64,000 nt of DNA, from positions 6,928-70,927 of the forward strand of contig JABMQQ010000241.1 of assembly GCA_013202495.1 (NCBI GenBank). The letters run 5' to 3'. A model generated the notes under the pieces. The model saw only the letters and a list, made by a program, of their open reading frames with translations. It did not search any database and was not told where the DNA came from. The DNA is from Fidelibacterota bacterium. GTDB taxonomy: Bacteria; Fidelibacterota; UBA8477; JABMPR01. Shown one piece after another: positions 10,337 through 19,753 of the stretch (positions are counted from its first letter, which is position 1; every line of letters starts with the position of its first letter). Position numbers and translations under genes: made by a program.

Positions 10337-10870
10337 TCAGAAAAGAAAATCCATGTTTTCTTCTGTCATCTCAAATGGATTGGGACTTAACATGCTGACC
10401 TGAAATACGGTCTGACCCAGAACTCCAGGGGTAGGTTCTTTCACACTACGGAGCACGACAGACGTTCCCTCAGCCGTTTGATAAGGAACTGCATTTTCTT
10501 CAAAAACGTGCCCATATTTTTCAAAGTAGGCCTGTTTAAAACGCTTGGCATCATAGGGATAATCAAAATTATAAAGCACTTCGATTGAGTGGATCGACAC
10601 TTTTACATCGGCTTTGATGTTGAACCAGACATAGATTTTTGCAATCCCTTTCTCTCCAATACGATATGAATAGCCAGACAATTGGCGATTGTCTGTATAG
10701 TTCGTCTTGGTGGCTAATTTCTTATCTTTGAATACATCCTGGAGAGCAGAATCAATTTGAGCCTCAGACATAGACCAATCCAAACCCCAATATACATCAG
10801 GCGTTTGTGACAGAGCTGGCAAAGTGAATCCAAGAATAAGGATCAGAGAGATTAAGATTTTTTTATTCAC
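10337..10870 (-). CDS. Hypothetical secreted protein.
   Basis: Signal peptide MNKKILISLILILGFTLPALSQ. No recognisable domain. Confidence 0.45.
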   Translation of the reverse strand: MNKKILISLILILGFTLPALSQTPDVYWGLDWSMSEAQIDSALQDVFKDKKLATKTNYTDNRQLSGYSYRIGEKGIAKIYVWFNIKADVKVSIHSIEVLYNFDYPYDAKRFKQAYFEKYGHVFEENAVPYQTAEGTSVVLRSVKEPTPGVLGQTVFQVSMLSPNPFEMTEENMDFLF

Positions 10871-10985
10871 GGCGAGCCTCCTACCAGCTTAAAGCCAAAC
10901 GCATTCAATGCTTGATAACTATGGGCTAAAAATATGCTCTGTAAGATTTTCCGCAAGTACTGATTGCACAACAAGCAGTTAAGGA

Positions 10986-11813
10986 CTAGAGACGGTGGGG
11001 TTTCCCCACATGTTTGTCAAGGACCCAGGTGACCGACCAATTGTGCCCAAGGCGATGTCCATCCATGGTTGGTGGCAATTCATGGGATTGATAGAAGGGC
11101 AAATCCACTTCTTGAGGATCACTGGCCAATTCTCTGAACGCCCCGTCCTGAGCATGGACGGTTCTATGCTGAATGAGACGTACCGATTTTTTCCACTCGG
11201 GGTACTTCAGCTTATCACCAGCATCGTAGTTCAATTTATCACACTCATCCAGAAGTTTGGGGAAACCACTCAGCGGCGCCGCAATGACATGAATATCGGC
11301 CTTTAATTTCCCGAGTCCCGAGGCTGCATATGTCACAACCATACCGCCGTAGGAGTGACCAAAAATGACTAGTTTTTGGTATTTGCCACGCTTCTCTATC
11401 TTTTTAATCTCAGAGGCAAGGTTCGCAGCTATCTGGTCTGGACATTGTTCCCAATCATATCTAAAAAAGAAAACCGAACCATAGTGATCAGCCAGATTTT
11501 TTAAACCGATAATCCACTCATAACCCCTGGAGTCATATCCATGAACTGCCATGACCAATACACTATCATTCCTTTGCTCACCATCTCTTAATTCGATAAC
11601 TCCCAATGGCTGTTCCATGAGATGTTGCCCGGCAGTCGTTATTTCAGTCCCCTCACCAAAATCGTGTATGTCAAAGCTTACAACTTCATCGCCATTATTT
11701 TGTGAAGCCTTTGAGGTTTCGGAAACACTGGGAGCTTTCCCACCACAGGCGACAAGTATGAACAGGATGCAAAATGCAATTGAAATACGGTATATAGTTG
11801 ATTGAAGGGACAT
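10986..11813 (-). CDS. Lipoprotein alpha/beta-hydrolase (lipase/esterase-like, GHSxG).
   Basis: Lipobox ILVACGG. Nucleophile elbow VIFGHSYGGMV. Abuts the downstream membrane ORF with no gap. Confidence 0.6.
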   Translation of the reverse strand: MSLQSTIYRISIAFCILFILVACGGKAPSVSETSKASQNNGDEVVSFDIHDFGEGTEITTAGQHLMEQPLGVIELRDGEQRNDSVLVMAVHGYDSRGYEWIIGLKNLADHYGSVFFFRYDWEQCPDQIAANLASEIKKIEKRGKYQKLVIFGHSYGGMVVTYAASGLGKLKADIHVIAAPLSGFPKLLDECDKLNYDAGDKLKYPEWKKSVRLIQHRTVHAQDGAFRELASDPQEVDLPFYQSHELPPTMDGHRLGHNWSVTWVLDKHVGKPHRL

Positions 11814-12197
11814 TTAATCTCCAGTTTTGTTGAAATGTAGACCAGCTCTCAAAATTGCCAGACCTGGTGAAAATAGCACTAACAGAAAGACGATAACCAT
11901 ATTAAAATTTCCTGACAGCATACCAAGCACACCAGTCAACATGAGCACGAACCCCAACAGAAAGAAACTGAATTGAAGAAGTTGTTTCGTTTTGGGATTG
12001 ATAAGTTTCACCCTTAACCTGAACATGAATGTCATCGCCCCCAGGATGAAATAATAGGCCATGAATGTGATCAAGGTTTTTTGATCAAGTTCTGCAGATC
12101 GAAAAGATACGATTGCTGTGACAAGTGACAGCAATGAAGCCACATACAAATGCATGAGAGGCTTCAACCATTTTAGTGTCTTTTGCGAGACTTCCAT
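11814..12197 (-). CDS. Small integral membrane protein (4 TM), co-operonic with the lipoprotein hydrolase.
   Basis: Four hydrophobic segments. Its stop is immediately adjacent to the start of the 10986..11813 gene. Confidence 0.45.
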   Translation of the reverse strand: MEVSQKTLKWLKPLMHLYVASLLSLVTAIVSFRSAELDQKTLITFMAYYFILGAMTFMFRLRVKLINPKTKQLLQFSFFLLGFVLMLTGVLGMLSGNFNMVIVFLLVLFSPGLAILRAGLHFNKTGD

Positions 12198-12337
12198 TCC
12201 TCAATATAGTGAGCTTCAATAGGAGGTCATACTCATATCAAAATCCTCAGGATTAAAACTTTATATCTCGATTAAGATTTCCGTGTTTTGTGAGTTCACA
12301 TACTTAATTTCGTGCCGAATAATAAGAGAGTAGGCAT

Positions 12338-13417
12338 ATGATTAACCATGGTCACATTCTGATCATCAATCCTGGCTCCACATCCACCAAACTGGCCATC
12401 TACAGTTTTGATTTAGAAATTGAGCAATTAGAAGTTGTGGATGAAACGCTCATGGTTCATTCAGGTTTAGATGCAAGCATTGCTGAACAATTAGATACTC
12501 GCTTTGAGGATGTAGAGCGATTTGTGGCTTCAGCGAATATTGACCTTCATATCATTATGGCCAGAGGTGCCCCCTTGCGTCCACTAAGTGGAGGTAGCTA
12601 TCAGGTCAATGATCTCATGCTCGATGATCTCAGAACACACAAATATTCCCAACATGCCAGCAATTTAGCGGCTCTGATTGGCGAGAGAATCGGTAGAAAG
12701 TATAATATCCCCGTCTATATCTCAGATCCAATCACTTCAGATGAATTTGAACCTGTTGCCAGAATATCCGGAGTACCTGGAATAGAGCGGAAATCTCGCA
12801 GCCATGCCCTCAACATAAAATCCAGTTTGAGAAAGCTTTGCTTACGTCTGAACAAAAATTATGCAGATAGTTCCTGGGTTGTCTGTCACATGGGTGGTGG
12901 TATCTCGGTGGCAGCTCTACATAAGGGGAAAATGATTGATGTCAATGATGCTCTCCTGGGCATGGGTCCATTTAGTCCAGAGCGGGCGGGTGCACTGCCT
13001 TCTTCTGGTATTCTTGACCTGGTATTTGAGGCAAATCATGACCGTGTATCGATTGAGGACTTACTCTCAAAGGAAAGCGGTCTGAAGGGGTATCTTGGTA
13101 CCGCTGACCTCCAGAAGGTTGAAGAGAGAATTGGCAGGGGTGACTCCGAGGCTGAGCTCATCTTTCAAGCTATGGTATATCAGATTTGCAAAGAGATTGC
13201 CGCCATGGCTTCTGTGCTCAAATTTGAGTTGGATGGAATTTTACTTACTGGCGGTATGGCAAATTCGCAATTGTTATGCTCTTCTATTTCCCAGCGTGTC
13301 CAGGCCCTCACGGAAATATTCGTTGAAGCAGGAGAAAATGAGATGGAAGCATTAGCTCAGGCAGGTCTCCGCATTCTTTCAAGGGTAGAATCAGTAAAAC
13401 AATATACCCAAAATTGA
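12338..13417 (+). CDS. buk: Butyrate kinase.
   Basis: N-terminal ILIINPGSTSTKLAIY motif diagnostic of butyrate kinase in the ASKHA superfamily. 359 aa, typical for Buk. Family motifs VCHMGGGISV and ILTGGMA. Confidence 0.8.
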   Translation: MINHGHILIINPGSTSTKLAIYSFDLEIEQLEVVDETLMVHSGLDASIAEQLDTRFEDVERFVASANIDLHIIMARGAPLRPLSGGSYQVNDLMLDDLRTHKYSQHASNLAALIGERIGRKYNIPVYISDPITSDEFEPVARISGVPGIERKSRSHALNIKSSLRKLCLRLNKNYADSSWVVCHMGGGISVAALHKGKMIDVNDALLGMGPFSPERAGALPSSGILDLVFEANHDRVSIEDLLSKESGLKGYLGTADLQKVEERIGRGDSEAELIFQAMVYQICKEIAAMASVLKFELDGILLTGGMANSQLLCSSISQRVQALTEIFVEAGENEMEALAQAGLRILSRVESVKQYTQN

Positions 13418-13442
13418 TGATCTCCCTCCACTCCGATAACCA

Positions 13443-13874
13443 ATGACAATCCGCATAGCACAGATCATGTATCTTGAGTAATGGGTCGCCATCGATGCTC
13501 CCAATTTCAATATCTTTAATCGAGAAAAGCGCAGGAAACATTTTTTGGATATGATCCCCAGGGAAATGATGCTGGTCCTGGAACTGGATTCCAAAATCGT
13601 TGCATACTCTACTGTTGACTCAGATTGGTTTGGCACCACTTTCCTTAAATTGGTTGTCACCGATTAGGCTTTCCGTAGACAGGGTCTGGCTTCCAAGCTC
13701 ATTCAACATATTGAAACAAATCATTGTCCCTCAGGCAAATTTTTCAGCTCAACTGAAGCGGATAATGTGCCCTCTATCCAAATGCACAAACGGCATGGAT
13801 TCAAGGAAAGCGGCTGGCTGGATAACCTGCCACAACCCCACCGAGAGATATTCTACTTTAAGCCAACTGGTTAA
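13443..13874 (+). pseudogene. Decayed GNAT-family N-acetyltransferase.
   Basis: GNAT-like pieces spread over two reading frames. MTIRIAQIMYLE then in-frame TAA (13479-81). NFNIFNREKRRKHFLDMIPREMMLVLELDSKIVAYSTVDS in the +2 frame. DWFGTTFLKLVVTD then in-frame TAG (13665-67), followed by AFRRQGLASKLIQHIE...GKFFSSTEADNVPSIQMHKRHGFKESGW...EIFYFKPTG (motif A R/QxxGxG/A and a C-terminal GF motif). Confidence 0.55.
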
Positions 13875-13940
13875 CACTAAATAGAATGTTTATAAATTTT
13901 CCTGAAAATCATTTATTGCATCATGTTAATAATATTTTAC

Positions 13941-13964
13941 ATTATGTCTGTACTACTTAACATT
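13941..13964 (+). promoter_or_regulatory. Candidate operator/promoter motif upstream of membrane+XRE module 1.
   Basis: Sequence ATTATGTCTG-TACTACTT-AACATT lies 25 nt upstream of ATG 13983. It is flanked by the inverted repeat ATGTTAA...TTAACAT (13923-13929 / 13958-13964). Confidence 0.4.
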
Positions 13965-13982
13965 TAGTAAAGGAATCTTAAC

Positions 13983-14411
13983 ATGAATTTATCATATCAG
14001 GAAAAAAGCATCTGGGCATCCCTCATCATAACCTCCATTATGTTTATCTACTATTTCAGTCGTGTCTTAGATGTTATTGAAAATCCAGACATTCCTGAGA
14101 CAAGTCTCATCATCGTATTCATTGGAGTAATAACGGTCACCATATTTGCTCAAATCGTGATTCAAAGCATCATGGCTATCATATATAGAGATGAAGTAAA
14201 AGATGGTGGAGATGAGCGGGAAACTCTCATCAGGCTGAAAGCAACCAGCATCTCACATTACGTTCTTATTTCAGGGGTGTGGATTGCCTGTATGAGCTTC
14301 TATCTCAATCCATCAGCGCTCATGTTGATGAATGTATTCATCGTCTTCTTTGTGGTCTCAGAGATTGTAGGATTTGTAACCCAGCTTATCTATTACCGAC
14401 GAGGTGTGTAA
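13983..14411 (+). CDS. Small membrane protein (DUF2178-like, acidic DGGDERE loop) partnered with an XRE regulator.
   Basis: Four TM segments. AAGGA ribosome-binding site. Its stop overlaps the downstream XRE start (TAATG). Confidence 0.55.
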   Translation: MNLSYQEKSIWASLIITSIMFIYYFSRVLDVIENPDIPETSLIIVFIGVITVTIFAQIVIQSIMAIIYRDEVKDGGDERETLIRLKATSISHYVLISGVWIACMSFYLNPSALMLMNVFIVFFVVSEIVGFVTQLIYYRRGV

Positions 14412-14632
14412 TGCAACTCTGCAGTATTCAGAACAATATGAGGAAGCTAAGATTTAATCATGATGAAATGACTCAGCAGGAACTTGCTAAAAATATTGGT
14501 GTAACCAGACAAACGATTATAGCCATCGAATCCCGGAAATATTCTCCCACACTCGAGCTGGCGTTTAAGATTGCCGGTGTGTTTCAAGTCCCCCTGGAAG
14601 AGATTTTCCAGTATAAGCCGGAGAAATCATAA
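14411..14632 (+). CDS. XRE-family (Cro/C1-type) helix-turn-helix transcriptional regulator.
   Basis: Sequence LRFNHDEMTQQELAKNIGVTRQTIIAIESRKYSPTLELAFKIAGVFQVPLEEIF is the typical short XRE HTH. GAGGTG Shine-Dalgarno before ATG 14411. The ORF-track start at 14279 would overlap the membrane gene; the alternative start 14438 cannot be excluded. Confidence 0.7.
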   Translation: MQLCSIQNNMRKLRFNHDEMTQQELAKNIGVTRQTIIAIESRKYSPTLELAFKIAGVFQVPLEEIFQYKPEKS

Positions 14633-14662
14633 GAAACTCCAGAATTATACATCCGAAGTATA

Positions 14663-17002
14663 TTATCGAACGACAACCTCATCACAAAATATCCATGATT
14701 TCTCACCAGATCCTGGATGCCAATCTGGACAAACCCCTCGATTTTTAGCCAGAATCCGTATGTAACGTGTTGTCTCTGTTGGAAAATCAGCAGTTAAGCG
14801 ATTAATAGAAACATCCTCTGTCTTATTAGACACCTCATTATCCACTCGCTGAATAACTCTCCAGGTTTCACCATCGGGTGAGAAACTTACCTCCAGATAC
14901 TCCGGCATAAAAATCCATGCTTTGGTTGAATGCAGAAAATTAATCTCTGTCCGAAAGACTTCTTTGCTCTCTCCCAGGTCAAGGGTGAGCTCCAGGTCAT
15001 TTCCCTCAAAGCCTTGCCAGGTTCCATCCTTTGAGTTGTCCGACCCAAGAATACCATCTACCAACCCCTGATCACCACCTCCAGTATAGCGCACATGATA
15101 TTTCAACTTATATGCCGCGGTGCTTCCCAGGGCTTTGTGAAAGGAGAAATCTCTCTCAGCTGTGCGACCTAAACTCTTAGGGCCCTCAAAAATACCGGCT
15201 CGGATTTTTGCATCCTGTTTCAGAAGTAGCTTCCTGGTATAAAGATGAGAACTAACATCAGGATTTGTACCATCGAGGGTATAGCGAATATCGTAATTAG
15301 CCTGTTCTGAAATCAATTCGACGACTAATTCATCCGTTTTCAGTGGCCGTGCTGGCAAAATGTCTACCAGAAAGGTGCCTGGACTGTAGTTCCATTCAAG
15401 GGACTCAAATCTGGGCAGTAAATATTGCAAACGTTTCTGGAAGTCTGGCCAATCCCGCTGATCTTTAGCGCTCCACAATACCTCTGATAAGGCAGTCATT
15501 CTGGGCAACACCATGTATTCTGCATGTGCAGGGGTCTTCACGAACTCGGTCCATAAATTAGCCTGGGATCCCAGGACAAATTTTGCTTCATCAGCGTTTA
15601 GTTCTTCTGGAATGGGTTCATAGCTATAGACTTTTTTGAGGGGTGTGTAGCCGCCAATGGCTTGGGGCTCGGTTTTGGGATCACCCTGGTAATAGTCGAA
15701 GTAAACGTGTGATGTGGGTGTCATTACCACATCATGACCTGCTTTGGCCGCAGCTACTCCACCGGCCACACCTCTCCATGACATGACAGTCGCATCCTGG
15801 GCCAAACCACCTTCCAGTATCTCATCCCACCCAATAAGTTTTTTGCCTTTGGAGAGGATATACTTCTCCATTTTCTGGATAAACCAGCTTTGTAATTCAT
15901 GCTCATTGGCCAGCCCTTCAACCTTGATCCTATCCTGGCATTTCTCGCAGGTTTTCCAATGAGTTTTGCGGGCTTCATCTCCTCCAATATGGATGTACCT
16001 GGCTGGAAATAATTCAACCACCTCATCCAGGATATTCTCCAGGAAAACAAATACAGAATCGTTTCCAGCACAGAAAATATCTTCATTGGGCCAATAGCTT
16101 CCTGGACGGACAGGCAAGGTATCACCCTTACAGGATAATTCGGGATAGGCTGCGAAAATCTCGGAGGAGTGTCCAGGCATCTCAATCTCTGGGATGACAG
16201 TTATCTGCCTTGATGCAGCATATTTTACCAGCTCCCGAACCTCGTCCTGAGTATAAAAACCACCATACGTACTTTTTTCACCGGTTTCTATGGGAGACCA
16301 TTTGCGCCAGTCCTCGTGTTCTCGATCCACACGCCAGGCACAAATTTCAGTCAATTTGGGATAACGCTTGATTTCAAGTCGCCACCCATTGTCGTCAGAA
16401 AGGTGCCAGTGGAATACATTCATTTTGTGAAGGGCGATCATATCGACATATCTTTTTACAAATTCCAAAGGGAAAAAATGACGAGAGACATCCAGATGCA
16501 TACCGCGCCATTTAAACCTGGGGTAGTCATCAATATTCACGGACTGAATTTTGTGACCAACCAGCGACTCGACCCCCTGTTCAACCCCAGGCGGAAGGAG
16601 CTGACGTAAGGTCTGTATGGCATAGAATATACCTGGGTCATCTTGCGCTAAGATGTTGATATCCTGACTGCTCACTTGAAAATGATACCCTTCCTCCGGC
16701 ATGTTTGCATCTTGAGTGAGATCAATTTTAATATTCGCTTTTCCCTGAGTACCAGCGCTCATCTTTGGAATCATTGAACTTAAATAATCCATGAAAAATG
16801 CCTTACTGGCAATGTCATCAGAAATCCAAACGGAAGTAGTCTGGGCAAAAATAAACTCACCTTCCTGCACCATTAAATTTTGTGGCTTAGGTATAATATT
16901 CATATCCATACTCTCAGTTTTTGCTGCTCTTGGAGTTGAACAGGCCAGAAAGGCCTGCATACATATCAATAAAACGATGGTTCCTCTTGAAACAATTTTC
17001 AC
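14663..17002 (-). CDS. Glycoside hydrolase family 20 beta-N-acetylhexosaminidase with a C-terminal F5/8 type C-like carbohydrate-binding region.
   Basis: Lipoprotein-type signal (LICMQAFLACS). GH20 motifs RGMHLDVSRHFF, NVFHWHLSDDNGWRLE and YIHIGGDEA. Confidence 0.8.
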   Translation of the reverse strand: MKIVSRGTIVLLICMQAFLACSTPRAAKTESMDMNIIPKPQNLMVQEGEFIFAQTTSVWISDDIASKAFFMDYLSSMIPKMSAGTQGKANIKIDLTQDANMPEEGYHFQVSSQDINILAQDDPGIFYAIQTLRQLLPPGVEQGVESLVGHKIQSVNIDDYPRFKWRGMHLDVSRHFFPLEFVKRYVDMIALHKMNVFHWHLSDDNGWRLEIKRYPKLTEICAWRVDREHEDWRKWSPIETGEKSTYGGFYTQDEVRELVKYAASRQITVIPEIEMPGHSSEIFAAYPELSCKGDTLPVRPGSYWPNEDIFCAGNDSVFVFLENILDEVVELFPARYIHIGGDEARKTHWKTCEKCQDRIKVEGLANEHELQSWFIQKMEKYILSKGKKLIGWDEILEGGLAQDATVMSWRGVAGGVAAAKAGHDVVMTPTSHVYFDYYQGDPKTEPQAIGGYTPLKKVYSYEPIPEELNADEAKFVLGSQANLWTEFVKTPAHAEYMVLPRMTALSEVLWSAKDQRDWPDFQKRLQYLLPRFESLEWNYSPGTFLVDILPARPLKTDELVVELISEQANYDIRYTLDGTNPDVSSHLYTRKLLLKQDAKIRAGIFEGPKSLGRTAERDFSFHKALGSTAAYKLKYHVRYTGGGDQGLVDGILGSDNSKDGTWQGFEGNDLELTLDLGESKEVFRTEINFLHSTKAWIFMPEYLEVSFSPDGETWRVIQRVDNEVSNKTEDVSINRLTADFPTETTRYIRILAKNRGVCPDWHPGSGEKSWIFCDEVVVR

Positions 17003-17022
17003 GGGAATCCCCTCTTAATTTT

Positions 17023-19077
17023 TTACTCTCTTGCTTCCTGGTCCTGACGCAGATCTGAAATGGAAACCAGTTTCTGGCCCATCTCCTCCTCAGTTAGTGG
17101 CCTTAACCTGATAGCCATTCCTCCACCTGGAGCCAATCTTGCTTTTAGGGTATCAGATGGAGACACTTTATAAGATCCGATCCAGATTGGATAAGGGTTG
17201 TTATCCCAATGAGCATCTTCAGTATCAACATAGCATTCCGCTACCTGGTCTCCCCGAACCATCTGGTCCATGGCAATTTCTAACTCTCGTGCTTCATCAT
17301 TGGTAATGGCACCCAGGAACCATTCACTGCCGTGACGGCGGGCAATGGTGACATACTTACCGATTTCACCTTCCAGATAGAGAGTTTCATCCCAGTCAAC
17401 CTCCAGATCCTGGATAAACTGGAAGGCAGGTTGGTTTTCATAATTTTCAGGCAGATCTGCAGCCATTTGAAGCGGACTGTACAGGACTACCATGAGTGCC
17501 AACTGTTTGGCCAAAGTTGAATGGATCTTATTATCAGGCTTATAGCGATCGAATCGAATATCAAATATCCCAGGTGTGTAATCCATGGGACCAGCCAACA
17601 GGCGAGTAAAGGGAAGAATGGTCGTATGATCAGGAGGGTTGCCTTCACTCCAGGCATTCCATTCCTGTCCCCGTGCCCCTTCACGAGTCATCATATTTGG
17701 CCAGGTTCGCTCGATTCCGGTACCTTTCACAGGTTCATGCACATCCAGGGAAATGCGATGACTGGCAGCCAGTTGAACGACCCTTCTAAAGTGTTCAACC
17801 ATCCATTGTCCATAGTGGAATTGACCGCTGGGTTTGATGGCCCCAACATACCCTGTCTTGATTGCTGAAATATCAAGACTGTCATAGTAGGCAAAGGCAG
17901 ATTCAAGTTGGTGTTCATAGGCAGCGACATTGGCAGTGGTTTCATGATGACCAATAAAGGTGACATTCTTCACCTTTGCATATTCAACAACAGCCCCAAT
18001 ATCGAAATCATCGTAAGCTTCGGTCAATTGGAGTGCGCCCTCTTGCCCCCAGGCCTCCCAGCCTTTATTCCAACCTTCTGCCAGAACGCCTTGAATATCA
18101 TGTTCTGATGCAAAATCGATGTAACTCATGACATTCTCAGTGGTGGCACCATGCTGGTCACCCTGAACCCAGGTGTATTTGTTAATATGCATGCCCCACC
18201 AGATGCCCACATACTTCATGGGCTTGATCCAGGAAACATCTGACAATTGATTTGGCTCATTCAGATTTAAAATCATACGTGATCTAAGGAGATCAGTGGC
18301 TGATCTACCTATACAGATTGTTCGCCAGGGTGAACGCATTGGTGCTGAGGTCTTCACTCGGTCACCATCGGGCCAGGGAACGAGATTACTCAGAAAATTC
18401 AAAGAATCAGACCTGGATCTTTTCAATGTCATGCCAGCATAATCAGTCAGATTGGCTTCATGGATACTGATGTAAAGATCATCCTCGGTGATATATGTGA
18501 GAGGTGTGTTCGCTGAATCAATCTCGCTTAATCGAGAGACTTTGTGTAATTGCTCATAGGAATCGAATGCGTGACTACCTGGTATCCACCAGGATTTTCC
18601 ATCACGGGCAAATCTAAACTCTGACAGCTCTTCTATGATAAAGAGAGAATCAAGACCGACCTGTTTGGGAATCTCATAACGAAAGGCCACACCATCATTA
18701 AAAACACGAAAATACAGATTGAGCTGCCTATGTGGAACAAGCCGTTCTCTCAGTTCAAGCTTGATCATCCTGCTCAACGAATTGATTGACTTTTCCTGTC
18801 CCCAGACTGGTTCCCAGTCTTCTTCAATCATCTCCGTATTTGAATTTACCAGTTGGAAGGGACCCACCAGATCTGGTTGATCTCGGAAACGGTAGCCCAG
18901 CGCTGAGGATTTGAGTAGTTTTTTATCATCTACCTGGATGGCGTATTGGGGCATGCCCTGATCCAGTTTCAGCTCGACTTGAATTTTATCATCCGGGCTG
19001 GTTACAACGATATTATTAGAAATCTCTGGTTTACAAGAGTATACAAATAGTATGATAAGAATGAGGGTTTTATTCAT
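17023..19077 (-). CDS. Glycoside hydrolase family 97 (SusB-like alpha-glucosidase/alpha-galactosidase family).
   Basis: Signal/lipobox MNKTLILIILFVYSC. GH97-like N-terminus SPDDKIQVELKLDQGMPQYAIQVDDKKLLKSSALG. GIERTWPNMMTREGARGQEWNAW matches the GH97 RTYPN...EG.RG.E motif. Confidence 0.65.
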   Translation of the reverse strand: MNKTLILIILFVYSCKPEISNNIVVTSPDDKIQVELKLDQGMPQYAIQVDDKKLLKSSALGYRFRDQPDLVGPFQLVNSNTEMIEEDWEPVWGQEKSINSLSRMIKLELRERLVPHRQLNLYFRVFNDGVAFRYEIPKQVGLDSLFIIEELSEFRFARDGKSWWIPGSHAFDSYEQLHKVSRLSEIDSANTPLTYITEDDLYISIHEANLTDYAGMTLKRSRSDSLNFLSNLVPWPDGDRVKTSAPMRSPWRTICIGRSATDLLRSRMILNLNEPNQLSDVSWIKPMKYVGIWWGMHINKYTWVQGDQHGATTENVMSYIDFASEHDIQGVLAEGWNKGWEAWGQEGALQLTEAYDDFDIGAVVEYAKVKNVTFIGHHETTANVAAYEHQLESAFAYYDSLDISAIKTGYVGAIKPSGQFHYGQWMVEHFRRVVQLAASHRISLDVHEPVKGTGIERTWPNMMTREGARGQEWNAWSEGNPPDHTTILPFTRLLAGPMDYTPGIFDIRFDRYKPDNKIHSTLAKQLALMVVLYSPLQMAADLPENYENQPAFQFIQDLEVDWDETLYLEGEIGKYVTIARRHGSEWFLGAITNDEARELEIAMDQMVRGDQVAECYVDTEDAHWDNNPYPIWIGSYKVSPSDTLKARLAPGGGMAIRLRPLTEEEMGQKLVSISDLRQDQEARE

Positions 19078-19138
19078 TCAGGTTCCCCTGTTTAACACAT
19101 CATTCTGTGTCAAAATAAATTCTGAATATCCGCCTTCG

Positions 19139-19753
19139 CTATTCATCCACCTTTTCGACCCACTTGGTTTTACCTTCGCGGTCACACAGCAGCACCATTC
19201 CTGTGCTGGAATTACCTGTCCCCAGGTAAGCGCTCATCTTCCCATATTCGTTAGCTGTCCGTAGAAATCCATTCCCCGCCGTGCCTGTGCCAAGAAATGC
19301 AGTCTCATTTCCAACTTCATTGTAGGTGGTGAGTTGACCCCCACCTTTCTCACTGGTCCCGAGGTAAACAGTGGGAGTTTCATGCTTATCAAAGGTTCGA
19401 ATGAATCCACCACCCATCTCGCCAGTTCCAAGATGCGCGCTCATCTGCCCTGCCTGGTTGTAGGCAACAAATCCACCTTGTCCATCCTCATTTGAACCAA
19501 GAGTCATCGAAGCAGCCCCCAGAGCATTTTTGAGCATGATAGTGCCACCACCTTGACCAGATCCAGAAATCAAGACCGTATTCTCACCGGCGCGGGAGAG
19601 AATTCTTAGTCCACCTCCATCACGTATGGTTATGGAACCCACACTAAGATCACCCATCTCAGCTTCAGTTTGCCTGGCTGATATGAGGGTCATGAATAAC
19701 AAAGTAGCCAGAATCCCAATGAGAATGCTTTTTACATCGATTTTACCTTTCAT
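19139..19753 (-). CDS. Membrane-anchored Gly-rich repeat protein: about seven ~22-aa repeats, consensus (A/V)(F/Y)LGTG..G.GF.RT.
   Basis: Start chosen at the Met (MKGKIDVKSILIGILATLLFMTLISA) whose ATG overlaps the DUF1232 stop as TGATG. Repeats are visible directly: SAHLGTGEMGGGFIRT, VYLGTSEKGGGQLTTY, AFLGTGTAGNGFLRT and SAYLGTGNSSTGMV. Confidence 0.5.
   Translation of the reverse strand: MKGKIDVKSILIGILATLLFMTLISARQTEAEMGDLSVGSITIRDGGGLRILSRAGENTVLISGSGQGGGTIMLKNALGAASMTLGSNEDGQGGFVAYNQAGQMSAHLGTGEMGGGFIRTFDKHETPTVYLGTSEKGGGQLTTYNEVGNETAFLGTGTAGNGFLRTANEYGKMSAYLGTGNSSTGMVLLCDREGKTKWVEKVDE

Noticed and set aside
15744-16609. Several 70-140-aa ORFs on both strands inside the GH20 hexosaminidase gene.
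   Set aside because: They are embedded in a CDS with clear family motifs and have biased, Pro/Ser/Trp-rich composition typical of antisense or off-frame translation.
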